64,000 nucleotides of DNA, from positions 64,001 to 128,000 of the IMG/VR virus record IMGVR_UViG_3300024054_000008. One strand, written 5' to 3'. This document shows positions 9,083 to 19,028 of the stretch, piece after piece; position 1 is the first letter of the stretch; each line of letters starts with the position of its first letter. The notes beneath the pieces were generated by a model. That model had not been told where the DNA came from. It saw only the letters and a list, made by a program, of their open reading frames with translations, and did not search any database. Source of the DNA: a virus. Made by a program: the position numbers and the translations under genes.

Positions 9083-11335
9083 TCATCCATCGACCACATC
9101 TTCAGTTTTCAATTCTCTAAGTTTGTCACTAACAAACTGCGATAAATTTGTATTCCTAATTGTTTCTTTATTGTTTGATACAGAAACATCTAATGCTCTC
9201 GGGTCACCAAACAAAAACACTTTCTTTTTTGCTCTGGTTATGGCAGTGTATACAAGATTCCTGTAAAGCATCGGACCGTAAGACATTGTCATTGGCAACA
9301 AAATATAATCACCTTCTAAACCTTGATAACGATGAGCAGTGCAAGCATACGCAACACGTAATACTTGTCTGGCTTCATCAATCGAAAAATTGAATATTCT
9401 ATCAATATATTTTGGCGGATTCGATTCGGAATCAAACCAATTAAATATTTTAATTTCAATTATTCCTTTTTTAATTGATATCTTTTGAACTTTTCCAACA
9501 TCACCATTAAATACCATTCTGTCGTAATCATTTTTAATAATCATAACTCTGTCACCTTCATACAGATCTGACTCACCATGATTTAATTTGGCGGCCGTTC
9601 CATTTATAAAATTAGAATTTAATACTTTTCTAAGTTCTGTGTTTAAATTATTAACACCGAGATCGCCGTCATACATTGGTGCTATTACTTGAAAATTGGC
9701 GTCTTTTTCCTTTAATTCAGATGTTATTTTACGTAGTTCACAAACAACATCAGATGGATTAAATTTGAAGAATAAAAAATCATTTTTAGCGTGGAACGCT
9801 ATGTCAACTGGACCACCGTTCAAAATTTGGTGTGCAGCCCTTATAATACCTGATTCACCTTCTTGCCTATAAATACGAGTTAAGTTAATGTGCGGAACGT
9901 CAGAACAACTAAATAAGCTTTTAAGAACAGCTCCGGGGCCAACTGACGGAAGCTGCGCAGAATCACCAACCATAATTAATATAACATTATCAGGAAGTGC
10001 GCTAACTAAATGATAAAATGTTGATGAATCTAACATACTAACTTCGTCAACAATCACTGCATCAACACGATATTTATTATATTTATTAAATTCCCAAACC
10101 CCGTCTCTACCGCACCCAAGAGCCCTATGAACTGTGTACGCTGGTTCTTTGGTCAATTGTGAAAGACGTTTAGCTGCTATGCCAGTTGGTGACATGAGAG
10201 TAAAATCTAACTTATTCTTTTTAAATAAGTAAACAAATAAACTCATTAAAAGTGTTTTACCAGTTCCTGGGTAACCAGAAACGACACAAACTTTTGAATT
10301 TTTCAACAAGTAAAAGGCTTGCTTTTGTTCATCGGATAACTCAAGATCATTCAAAGACTCAAATTCTTTTAAACATACTTCAAGATCACCAAGATTTCTA
10401 GTTGGTTTAGATAATATTTTAGCCAATGAATAAGAGGATTGGTTTTCTTGTTCCCAAGAATGACTTTGGTAAATTGATGTATTGTGCAATACTATTCTAC
10501 CATCTTTTTCAAGATCAAGAAGATTTGGATAATAAACTGGGTCTGAAATTGTGTTACCATTTGAGAACAATTCAAGATTGTGTTTTTTAAACAATTTGCT
10601 AACAGAATTTTTTATTTGGTCAGATGTTGCAAACACATGTCCTTCACTTGTTGAAAGTTCATTCAAGGCAAACATTATTATTGCTTTGATCCTTCTAGGA
10701 TCATCAACTCCAATACCAAGTTTTCTGGCGGCTTGATCAGCCGTGTAAAACCCAATCCCAGAACAATCAGCAAGTAAATATGGGTTACTCCTAATAGCAA
10801 GATTTGTGTTAACGCCAAATTTGTTAAATACAGATCTAATTTGAGATGGACCTAACCCCAAATCTCCAAGAAATATTGCTGCAGTTCTTTTTTCAGAAGA
10901 TTCTGACCATTCTTTCAATATTGAATCAATTTGTGTTTTCTTTAAAAAATCAAGAGCTTTTATTTTTCCCGGGTCTGAATCAAGAACATTTGGAAGATCA
11001 TCACCAAATATATCATACAAACGATTCGCCGTTATTATGCCAATAGATGGAACACTAGAAATTAAATAAGACACTATTCCATTTTTACCCTTCTCTGGTA
11101 TAACTTCGCATGAAGTTGCATGAAGTTGTTTACCATAAGTTTGATGATCTACATATTTACCGTTAAATCTAACCTTAAGTCCCTTACTTAATAAAATTTC
11201 TGGGAACGATCCCTTTACATCTACTGTTTTTTTATTACCATCAAGTTCAACTTTAAGTATATGAAATCCAGTATCTTTCTTCTGAAAGATAATAGACGAA
11301 ATATTACCAACTATTGTCTCTGATTGATCAGACAT
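9083..11335 (-). CDS. recD2: RecD2-family SF1B helicase
   Basis: N-terminal OB-like/HhH region, Walker A SGYPGTGKT, VDEVSM, GDSAQLPSVGPG, IYRQ, YACTAHRYQGLE, LVYTAITRAK. Confidence 0.95.
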   Translation of the reverse strand: MSDQSETIVGNISSIIFQKKDTGFHILKVELDGNKKTVDVKGSFPEILLSKGLKVRFNGKYVDHQTYGKQLHATSCEVIPEKGKNGIVSYLISSVPSIGIITANRLYDIFGDDLPNVLDSDPGKIKALDFLKKTQIDSILKEWSESSEKRTAAIFLGDLGLGPSQIRSVFNKFGVNTNLAIRSNPYLLADCSGIGFYTADQAARKLGIGVDDPRRIKAIIMFALNELSTSEGHVFATSDQIKNSVSKLFKKHNLELFSNGNTISDPVYYPNLLDLEKDGRIVLHNTSIYQSHSWEQENQSSYSLAKILSKPTRNLGDLEVCLKEFESLNDLELSDEQKQAFYLLKNSKVCVVSGYPGTGKTLLMSLFVYLFKKNKLDFTLMSPTGIAAKRLSQLTKEPAYTVHRALGCGRDGVWEFNKYNKYRVDAVIVDEVSMLDSSTFYHLVSALPDNVILIMVGDSAQLPSVGPGAVLKSLFSCSDVPHINLTRIYRQEGESGIIRAAHQILNGGPVDIAFHAKNDFLFFKFNPSDVVCELRKITSELKEKDANFQVIAPMYDGDLGVNNLNTELRKVLNSNFINGTAAKLNHGESDLYEGDRVMIIKNDYDRMVFNGDVGKVQKISIKKGIIEIKIFNWFDSESNPPKYIDRIFNFSIDEARQVLRVAYACTAHRYQGLEGDYILLPMTMSYGPMLYRNLVYTAITRAKKKVFLFGDPRALDVSVSNNKETIRNTNLSQFVSDKLRELKTEDVVDG

Positions 11336-11344
11336 AAATGTTAT

Positions 11345-12136
11345 TCAGCTCCTACCGCACATAGAATAAAGATCAGACTCGGATATGACTCTAACTCCAT
11401 GTTGTGTTGCTTTCTTCATTTTTGAAGAAGTCGTATTATTGTCATTAGTTACGAGATATGACAACCCTACACCAACAGTTCCCTTCACAATTCCACCAGC
11501 ATCCATTATTATCTTTTCGACAGTTTTTCTTGGTTTAGTTAAAGCACCAGTAATACAAAATGACAAATTAGAAAGTGGGCCAGGAACATCACTAATGATG
11601 TTCAATACAGTTGACAAATCAATAATAATATCTTTCTTATCTTGTATTCCATGGTATATTATGTCAGCTGTCTTATTTCCTATATTTTGAACTCTAGCAA
11701 AATCATCAATGCTGGCTGAAATAACTTTATCAACTGTGTTTAAACCGCAGCTAACTATGTCTGTTGCTGTTGCTATACCAAGTAATTGAATATTCAAAGC
11801 TGATAATAATAATTGTAATGGTACTGATTTTTGGTCATGTAATTGTTTATAACATTTTTCGGCAACTTTTTTACCAGAACAACACTTAGAAATATCATCA
11901 ATACTTAGTCTATATAAATCAGCAATAGACGACACATTTGGGTTATTCTGGTCTGTAAGTTTATTTATAAGGGAATCACCCCAAAACAAAAGTCCAAGCT
12001 TTTCAACCCAAACTGAAACAGCCCCGGATAATTTAGATGGGCATGCTTTTGATCTACAATATAAAAATTGTCCTTCTTGCGTTAAAGATGAATTGCATTC
12101 TGGGCAAAAATCAGGTATTTGAAAGTATTCATTCAC
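11345..12136 (-). CDS. ligA: NAD-dependent DNA ligase C-terminal part (Zn finger, HhH, BRCT) as a stand-alone gene
   Basis: Starts IPDFCPECNS...LYCRSKACP (Zn4), HhH repeats, BRCT FCITGAL...GG.VKGTV...LVT...SSKMKKA...GVRVISE. Confidence 0.9.
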   Translation of the reverse strand: MNEYFQIPDFCPECNSSLTQEGQFLYCRSKACPSKLSGAVSVWVEKLGLLFWGDSLINKLTDQNNPNVSSIADLYRLSIDDISKCCSGKKVAEKCYKQLHDQKSVPLQLLLSALNIQLLGIATATDIVSCGLNTVDKVISASIDDFARVQNIGNKTADIIYHGIQDKKDIIIDLSTVLNIISDVPGPLSNLSFCITGALTKPRKTVEKIIMDAGGIVKGTVGVGLSYLVTNDNNTTSSKMKKATQHGVRVISESDLYSMCGRS

Positions 12137-12151
12137 TTAATAAATGTACAT

Positions 12152-12685
12152 TTATTCTTCAGGCTCTTTTTCTTCCTCTTTTGGCCCTTCTTCTGTTTCT
12201 TCTTCAGTACCAGCACCCTCAGCAGGTGCTTCAAACTCATCGTAAGAAGGTGGCGGAGAAGCGCCGGGGGGCGGCCCTGGTGGAGGTCCGGACGATTCAA
12301 GTTCGGAATGCTGAACTTCTGCACCACCACCAAAAACAGTTTCAGATGGTACTATGTCTAAATCACCTTTATAGAAAGCCCTAGAAAATTCAGAAACATC
12401 CCTACCAAGATCTAAAACTCTTTCAGAAATATTCTCTAATGTGGAGAGTTCATTGCCAGCAAAATCAGTTTGAAGTCTGGCCAATTTTGCAAACGTCATA
12501 TGTATATCCTTTAAGATATCTGCAATATAACTATTAACTCTGTGCCAATTTTCATCTCTTTCAACTAACAACTTTTCTTGAACAGCCTGAGCCACAATAT
12601 GAAATGGGCTAGAAATTTTCTTGTTCATATCAAGTTTTTCCAGATTATTTCTAACTTCCAAAGCTGATTTAGCAAATGAACTCAT
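12152..12685 (-). CDS. Hypothetical protein with Pro-rich and acidic C-terminal tail
   Basis: SGPPPGPPPGASPPP and EETEEGPKEEEKEPEE; lies between the two ligase halves. Confidence 0.65.
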   Translation of the reverse strand: MSSFAKSALEVRNNLEKLDMNKKISSPFHIVAQAVQEKLLVERDENWHRVNSYIADILKDIHMTFAKLARLQTDFAGNELSTLENISERVLDLGRDVSEFSRAFYKGDLDIVPSETVFGGGAEVQHSELESSGPPPGPPPGASPPPSYDEFEAPAEGAGTEEETEEGPKEEEKEPEE

Positions 12686-12749
12686 GTTATACTCCGGTGT
12701 CTAAATCAAAAAATAACAAAGAGCCTATTATTTCAGCGTACTATTTTAC

Positions 12750-13826
12750 ATGAGTGAAATAACGGAACTGTCAGAAAAATTAAAGAATGCCAGAAATGCT
12801 TATTACAATTTAGATCCGATACTATCAGATTTAGAATATGACGCATTAAAGTCAAGATTACAAGAATTGGACCCGTTAAATGAAGAAATAATATCAATTG
12901 GTGCAGAAATACAATCTAATACGCCATGGGAGAAAATTGCTCATAATATACCAATGGGATCACTCGAAAAGGTAAATTCAAAAAATGAATTTTTTGAATG
13001 GTGCTCAAACACAAAGTCTAAAGAATTTCTTATTACACACAAAATCGATGGTTCAAGTTTAGAAGTGATATATGAACACGGAAAACTTACTAAATGTTTA
13101 TCAAGAGGTGATGGTTACGAAGGCGAAAATATAACAATAAATGCCATCAAGATACCAAATGTGCCAAGGATTATAAATGCACATGAAGACATAACAGTCC
13201 GTGGTGAAGTGGTTATGTTAAAATCAATTTTCAAAGAAAAATATTCAGATGAATATGCAAATCCAAGAAACACAGCGGCTGGAAAATTAAGAGATAAGAA
13301 AAACAAAGGTGAAGATTGTAAAAACCTTCATTTCTTTGCATATACGATGTTTGGGCCAAAATTAAATACAGAAGCAGAGCAATTCAAAACACTATCAAAT
13401 TTAGGATTTGATACACCAAATGTTAATGTTGGTGATATTGATATGATGATTCAAACATTTGAATCAATTAACAGAGAAAATATACCATATGAAATAGATG
13501 GAATGGTAATAAGAATAAATGATTTACAACATCAGGCATCAATGGGTGAAAAAAACATGAGACCGCTTGGCCAAATTGCTTGGAAATTTGATCCAGCAAC
13601 AAGCGTGTCAACAGTTGTTAACATTAAATGGCAAGTTGGACCGTCTGGCAGAGTTTCACCTGTGGCAGTTGTAAAACCAATAAATATAGGTGGAGTTGAG
13701 ATAACAAATATTTCTTTACACAATTTATCCATGTTTAAAGATTTGAGTCTTTACAAAAATTGCAAAGTTCTCATATCAAAAAGGAATGATTTAATACCAT
13801 TCATCGAAAAGCGCATTGATGATTAA
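12750..13826 (+). CDS. ligA: NAD-dependent DNA ligase N-terminal part (Ia, adenylation, OB)
   Basis: YYNLDPILSDLEYD (Ia), KIDG adenylation motif, SRGDG..GE, VRGEV, ANPRN.AAG, IDGMVI, AWKF, WQVGPSGRVSPVA; ends RNDLIP (motif VI). Confidence 0.95.
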   Translation: MSEITELSEKLKNARNAYYNLDPILSDLEYDALKSRLQELDPLNEEIISIGAEIQSNTPWEKIAHNIPMGSLEKVNSKNEFFEWCSNTKSKEFLITHKIDGSSLEVIYEHGKLTKCLSRGDGYEGENITINAIKIPNVPRIINAHEDITVRGEVVMLKSIFKEKYSDEYANPRNTAAGKLRDKKNKGEDCKNLHFFAYTMFGPKLNTEAEQFKTLSNLGFDTPNVNVGDIDMMIQTFESINRENIPYEIDGMVIRINDLQHQASMGEKNMRPLGQIAWKFDPATSVSTVVNIKWQVGPSGRVSPVAVVKPINIGGVEITNISLHNLSMFKDLSLYKNCKVLISKRNDLIPFIEKRIDD

Positions 13827-14104
13827 TCGTCTGATGGAACAATAACAGACGTTTTATTAGAATTTTTCACCATATCGGCCAATTTTTGCATTGATTCAAA
13901 TGGAATCAAGGTAACTCTTACAGTTTTACCGACCATAGACGACAACGAAGCCTGAACATCAAACATTACGCCTTCATCATCAACCAAAACATGTCTTTTT
14001 AGTTCGTCATTAAAAATAACAACACCATCCACAATTAGACCGGCGTCATACCCATACGCATACCTATCACGTTCATTATCAATTTCCATATCAAATAATA
14101 CCAA
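13823..14104 (-). CDS. Hypothetical protein
   Basis: 93 aa ORF; no motif recognised. Confidence 0.5.
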   Translation of the reverse strand: MVLFDMEIDNERDRYAYGYDAGLIVDGVVIFNDELKRHVLVDDEGVMFDVQASLSSMVGKTVRVTLIPFESMQKLADMVKNSNKTSVIVPSDD

Positions 14105-14189
14105 TCAGGCCAATTGTTCGTCTTTCTTCGGAAAGTTCAAGTGAGCAAACTTACCACAGTAACAATCATGTCAAATATAGTTCTATCTA

Positions 14190-17100
14190 CTAAGAACATC
14201 CACTTGTGGACCCACACGATTTACACAAATAACAACTACCATTTCTAACTGTCAATGACCCGCATGTTGTACATGGCGGTCCACTAAAATCTCTCTTATT
14301 ATTTTGTTCAATTTGGGTAATAGGCGCAATAGATTCACTATTCTTTGAGATTGAAGCCGCTGGTTGTGAATCTGGTTCTTCGAGTCTATAAGCTATGCCA
14401 GTTACTTCACCACTATAATAACGAATATCAAGATATTTCATTAAATAATCATATAGACTCTTAGCAAAACGAATTTTTGGGTTCCTTGTCATACCAGCCG
14501 GTTCAAATCTAGTATCGACAAAACTGCGTATGAGTTTCTCAAGTGGCACCCCATATTGAAGCGCAATCGAAAGAAGTTGAGTGTAGCCGTCAATCAATCC
14601 TGATATGGTAGAACCAGGCTTACCCAATTTCAAAAATACTTCACCAAGTTTTCCATCCGGATATTCATTCATTTGTATATAACCTTTATATCCGTCAATT
14701 TCAAATCGATGACGGTGTCCGCTTATATCCTCTGGAAGACGCCTTCGTTGTTGTATTGGTGATGGACCAGAATCAGAAAACACAATTGCTCCGTTTTGTT
14801 CACCAACTCGTTCTTTTGTAGCAAGTGGCTGTGATAATTTCGAACCATCTCTGTATACAGATACACATTTCAAACCAAGTTTCCATGATTCCATATAAAT
14901 GTCTGATATATCTTGCGGTGTAGCACTATTTGGTAAATTGACAGTTTTGCTTTGAGCACAAGTAATTAACGGCTGTATAGCAGCCATCATTGTTATATGT
15001 GCCATTGGATCTAAACATCTACTTGAATCACCAGATGGCATTGCACAATCAAATACATGCAAATGTTCATTCTTGAATTCTGGCGCACCCTCTATACAGT
15101 CATTATCTTCTATATATTTAGATATGACAGCGGTTTCTTCATCGGTATAACCTAAAGCTCTCAAACCATCCTTTGTGGCCTGATTAACGAGTTTTAACAC
15201 GCCACCGCCAACTAATGTCTTGTAACTAACTAAAGAAAACGCTGGTTCTATTCCAGTCGTATTCATACCCATCAAGAATGACACAGTCCCAAGCGGGGCT
15301 TGAAGACTTGCTTGAGAAATTGAATACCCATATTTTTTACCAAGACGTATTGTTTCTTCCCAAACTTCTGCACTCTTACTAACAATATCATCACCAAGTG
15401 GGTCAGAGGATAGAGACCACCTTCTCAAAATATCATCATCAGCCCGTTGATGTTTTTCCATTATTGAAAGCATATCTTCACAATTTTTTTCAAAGTCAGC
15501 AAACGTTCCAATTCTTGCGGCTAATTGTGCTGATACCTGATAAGCTAGACCAGTCATTAAACTAGCCATTCTTGCAGCAATAACTCTTCCTTCATTCGAA
15601 TCATAACTATAGCCTTGGCTCATAATCAATGAACCAAGGTCACCATAATTTAATCCAATCGGGCGCAGTTTATGTGAATTTTTTGTAATTAAATCGGTCG
15701 GATAATCAGCTTTTTCAATAATTGAATTTTGTGAAATCACAAAAACACGTACAGCTTGTTTAAATTTCTCAAAATTAAAAACACCACCATCAAAAAATTT
15801 TGTCAAATTCAAAGCACACAAATTGCACGCAGTGTTGTCAATATGCGCAAATTCGCTACACTGTGGAATTCGTACACCTTCAGCTATAATTGTGTGGGTC
15901 GTGAATTCGGTCATATTGTAAGTCAACTCGACACGTCCAGTATCATCAACAGATGCTACGCTGTCGTGCCACACGTCATGAATTGGATCAGAATGACCAT
16001 CCGGAAGAAAATCATCCAATTGAGCCTGCTTGCGATCGGACAAAAGACCGCCAATTTCTTTCATGCCATCACGCAATTTCCTGAGAGAATGCCCATAAAC
16101 AGCCAACTCGTGAAGCGTCCGTTTCGAATCGTACGTACAAACCTCGCCAGAAGCTGATGTATATGTAAACTTCCCGGACCTAGAAGCAGAATTTCTATCC
16201 TGCATTATGGTCGATTTGATGCCCATATTAAGCAAAATCGCCTGGACATCCTGAAGTAATCCAAGGCTCATACTCGAAAGCCTTAATTCTCTCGTCGGAA
16301 TGTTATCGCCGTGACCTTTCGCTGACATACGAAAGGTCCCATCGGCTGATATAAGACCAGACAGGAATGCAAGTTGATTCAGACGAGGCGATTCAAACAC
16401 ACCAGGTTGTATCCGCTTGTTATAAGATCTAGATCCAGCAGGGCAAGCAATAGCCTCAATGGATCGAAAGAGACCAATACGACGAATTCTCATATAATCA
16501 GGTGATTCACCAATAGACCCACTCTGAGTTTTTAGTGAAAATGGAATTTCCTGTTTATGCAAAAAAGACGAAATCTTCGATAGAATGTCCTTGTCATGCT
16601 TTCCGAAACACATTCCGATTTCGCCATGTTGGAAATCAGACTTCCATCCTTTTTCGGTGTGTTTGCGAGAATGACGTACAGTCTCTGTCATCCACCCATC
16701 GCCAACAACAAACCCAGCAATCTTGAACCATTCAACAGAATCAGAAAGACCACAGTCGAAATTCCCAAAAGAACCTTCAGCGCACTGAATATCAACCTGG
16801 TCTCCTACCACCAATTCGGCCGCCGGCTTCTTTGTTCCATCTGAAAGCAAAAAATTATGATTCGGAGTAACTACAAGTTCTCTTCCGGACTTGAACTTCA
16901 CAGACAAAAGCGGATTTTCACCAGTCGGGAAGACAACAGCTGGTCTCATCTCAACACGGTCACCAAGATGAACGGCTACTTTCACATCTCCGTCAAAGAT
17001 GCGTTCATAAAGGTCGGCGATTTGAATAAGTCCAAATTCGGTTGCAATTTTCGTCTCGGCAGCAAAACACGGATTCGTTGATCGTATTCTTCCACTGTTT

Positions 17101-18206
17101 GGAACAGTATGCCATTTATTTAATGTTGTACTAAATTGGACGCCAGGGTCAGCACATAACCAAGCAGCTTCAGATATTTCTTTCCACAATTCTTTTGCTT
17201 TGTAAGTCTTAACTGGTTTGTCGGAGCAATCTAACGTCGTCCAGTCATCGTCATTCAAAACTGCCTGCATAAATTCATCAGAAATGCTGACTGAATGATT
17301 AGCATTCTGATATAAAACATTCTTATATGCACCATTTGGATCATCATAATCTCTACTGTATCCACATTTCAAAATCAAATCATGCGCACGTTTTTCTTCT
17401 ACAGCTTTGGACTTAATAAAACCTGGTCTACCGTCTTTTGTTTCCAAAATATCAGGATGGTCAATATCCAAAACAACCATTTTTGCAGCATTCCGGCAAG
17501 AACCTCCAGATTTCATAGCTTGTGCATATTGATCAAGACCGCGCATCCAAGCAAGCGGTCCACTCACATAAGCACCGCTTGATAACTTTTCATAAGAACT
17601 TCTTAAACTAGAAAGATTAGCACCAGACCCAGAACCGCCAGCAAATATAATTGCTTCTGATTTTTGAAACTCCATAATGGAATCTAATGTATCGTCAACA
17701 CCGGATATAAAACATGCAGAGGCAGCTTGCTTTCTGTCTGGTATTCCTAAATTAAACCAAACCGGAGAGTTAAAAGCCCCGAGTTGGTGAAGAAGTGCCC
17801 AAATTAATTCTTCTTCGTAAATCTTTGCGTCAAGTTCAGTATTAAAATAGCCCTGTTCATCTGCCCATTTTCTCAATGTCTTTGCAACACGCAAAAAGAC
17901 TTGTTTAACAGATGATTCTTTCGTTTCACCAACATACCTGAAGTATTTACTTGCAACTATATTTGTGCAATTTTGCTCCCACCAATCTGGAACTTCAACA
18001 TTTTTTTGCTCAAAAATAACCTTTCCATCTGAATTTTTTATGCAAGCGTCAACAAATTTCCATTTGATCTCATCAAATGGATGGATGTTGTCTTTAGTAA
18101 AAACTCTGGACCAGCGCCCTATATCTTCAGCAATTTTTGATTTACCATTCGATTCTTCACGAATTGGAATAACATTATCAATTACCGCTGTTCCGAGACT
18201 TGACAT
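14190..18206 (-). CDS. nrdJ: Class II (B12-dependent) ribonucleotide reductase with intein; C-terminal TSCPD and Zn-ribbon
   Basis: FNSPVWFN, SACFI, GGGSG-like GGSGSG, TNPC..E active-site loop interrupted by an intein, NLCALNL, IGLNYGDLG, APLGT, SKTVN, YRDGSK, terminal CTTCG...CYLCKSCG. Ends TAG TAG. Confidence 0.95.
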   Translation of the reverse strand: MSSLGTAVIDNVIPIREESNGKSKIAEDIGRWSRVFTKDNIHPFDEIKWKFVDACIKNSDGKVIFEQKNVEVPDWWEQNCTNIVASKYFRYVGETKESSVKQVFLRVAKTLRKWADEQGYFNTELDAKIYEEELIWALLHQLGAFNSPVWFNLGIPDRKQAASACFISGVDDTLDSIMEFQKSEAIIFAGGSGSGANLSSLRSSYEKLSSGAYVSGPLAWMRGLDQYAQAMKSGGSCRNAAKMVVLDIDHPDILETKDGRPGFIKSKAVEEKRAHDLILKCGYSRDYDDPNGAYKNVLYQNANHSVSISDEFMQAVLNDDDWTTLDCSDKPVKTYKAKELWKEISEAAWLCADPGVQFSTTLNKWHTVPNSGRIRSTNPCFAAETKIATEFGLIQIADLYERIFDGDVKVAVHLGDRVEMRPAVVFPTGENPLLSVKFKSGRELVVTPNHNFLLSDGTKKPAAELVVGDQVDIQCAEGSFGNFDCGLSDSVEWFKIAGFVVGDGWMTETVRHSRKHTEKGWKSDFQHGEIGMCFGKHDKDILSKISSFLHKQEIPFSLKTQSGSIGESPDYMRIRRIGLFRSIEAIACPAGSRSYNKRIQPGVFESPRLNQLAFLSGLISADGTFRMSAKGHGDNIPTRELRLSSMSLGLLQDVQAILLNMGIKSTIMQDRNSASRSGKFTYTSASGEVCTYDSKRTLHELAVYGHSLRKLRDGMKEIGGLLSDRKQAQLDDFLPDGHSDPIHDVWHDSVASVDDTGRVELTYNMTEFTTHTIIAEGVRIPQCSEFAHIDNTACNLCALNLTKFFDGGVFNFEKFKQAVRVFVISQNSIIEKADYPTDLITKNSHKLRPIGLNYGDLGSLIMSQGYSYDSNEGRVIAARMASLMTGLAYQVSAQLAARIGTFADFEKNCEDMLSIMEKHQRADDDILRRWSLSSDPLGDDIVSKSAEVWEETIRLGKKYGYSISQASLQAPLGTVSFLMGMNTTGIEPAFSLVSYKTLVGGGVLKLVNQATKDGLRALGYTDEETAVISKYIEDNDCIEGAPEFKNEHLHVFDCAMPSGDSSRCLDPMAHITMMAAIQPLITCAQSKTVNLPNSATPQDISDIYMESWKLGLKCVSVYRDGSKLSQPLATKERVGEQNGAIVFSDSGPSPIQQRRRLPEDISGHRHRFEIDGYKGYIQMNEYPDGKLGEVFLKLGKPGSTISGLIDGYTQLLSIALQYGVPLEKLIRSFVDTRFEPAGMTRNPKIRFAKSLYDYLMKYLDIRYYSGEVTGIAYRLEEPDSQPAASISKNSESIAPITQIEQNNKRDFSGPPCTTCGSLTVRNGSCYLCKSCGSTSGCS
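15861..17069 (-). mobile_element. Intein (403 aa) with LAGLIDADG homing endonuclease, at the RNR NP|C site
   Basis: STNP|CFAAETKI (Cys1, codon 17069), block B TPNH, LAGLIDADG-like IAGFVVGDG and LSGLISADG, ends GVRIPQ|CSEF. Visibly GC-richer than the flanks. Confidence 0.93.
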
Positions 18207-19017
18207 TCTTAATTTCCTCCGACAACCTTAGCAATCCGAGTTCCAAATCAACAAAAGCCGAATGATTACCTTTTCTTAGTTTTAGATCGATTGATTTAAA
18301 AAAATTAATCTCATTAATTAAAAAATCACGATTCAATTTAATGTCAGAATCAAATTGAAAGATTTCTACGAGCTTGTTTAATAACGGATAAATGACACTA
18401 GCATGTGAATTTGATTTCTTCATTTTGTCGACAAAAGCTGAAACAGATTTTGTCTCACCACCAAACACAAGATCAATTAAAAGAAATGGGCTGAAATCAA
18501 TTGATGAACACATCACTGATTTTGCCATTTCGGGTGAAATCATTTGCGACTCATGATCAGCTACAACAGAAAGTTTCTCTATCTCAGAAGAAAGTTTACG
18601 AAGACATGTTCCATGGTTCACAAAAAGAGCACCAACAACACGGTTTAGATTTATTTTACGACGTTCACCTTCATCAAGAATCCACTTAATGTAATCGTTT
18701 TTATACTTGTTGTATTTTAATTTTTGAATGTCAATCGTTTTAGTCGCTCTTTTGCTGTTTAATTTCTTGTCTTCTTTTGACAAAACAATCAACAAACTGT
18801 TATTAATTGGCAATTCAGGTATTCTATCGGAATTTCTTATCAAGAATGCTGTTCTTTTATCAGATAAATAACACTGCGACAATTCTGTGTATTTAAGTTC
18901 ATCATCTGGAAAATCAAATTTTAAGATTTCGTCGGCTAAGAATCCATCAGTATATTCATAAGCAGCCCTTTCTTTCAGAAATTCATCATCACCATTTATG
19001 ATAATTAAATCCGACAA
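18178..19017 (-). CDS. holA: DNA polymerase III delta (HolA)-like subunit
   Basis: LIIINGDDEFL N-terminus, WILDE..RRKI, L.SEIEKL, F.LID pattern of the delta subunit. Confidence 0.7.
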   Translation of the reverse strand: MSDLIIINGDDEFLKERAAYEYTDGFLADEILKFDFPDDELKYTELSQCYLSDKRTAFLIRNSDRIPELPINNSLLIVLSKEDKKLNSKRATKTIDIQKLKYNKYKNDYIKWILDEGERRKINLNRVVGALFVNHGTCLRKLSSEIEKLSVVADHESQMISPEMAKSVMCSSIDFSPFLLIDLVFGGETKSVSAFVDKMKKSNSHASVIYPLLNKLVEIFQFDSDIKLNRDFLINEINFFKSIDLKLRKGNHSAFVDLELGLLRLSEEIKNVKSRNSGN

Positions 19018-19028
19018 TGCTATTGACG

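Noticed and set aside
11345-13826. LigA pseudogene or frameshift
   Set aside because: The halves are on opposite strands, each intact with plausible starts and conserved catalytic motifs, broken exactly at a domain boundary.
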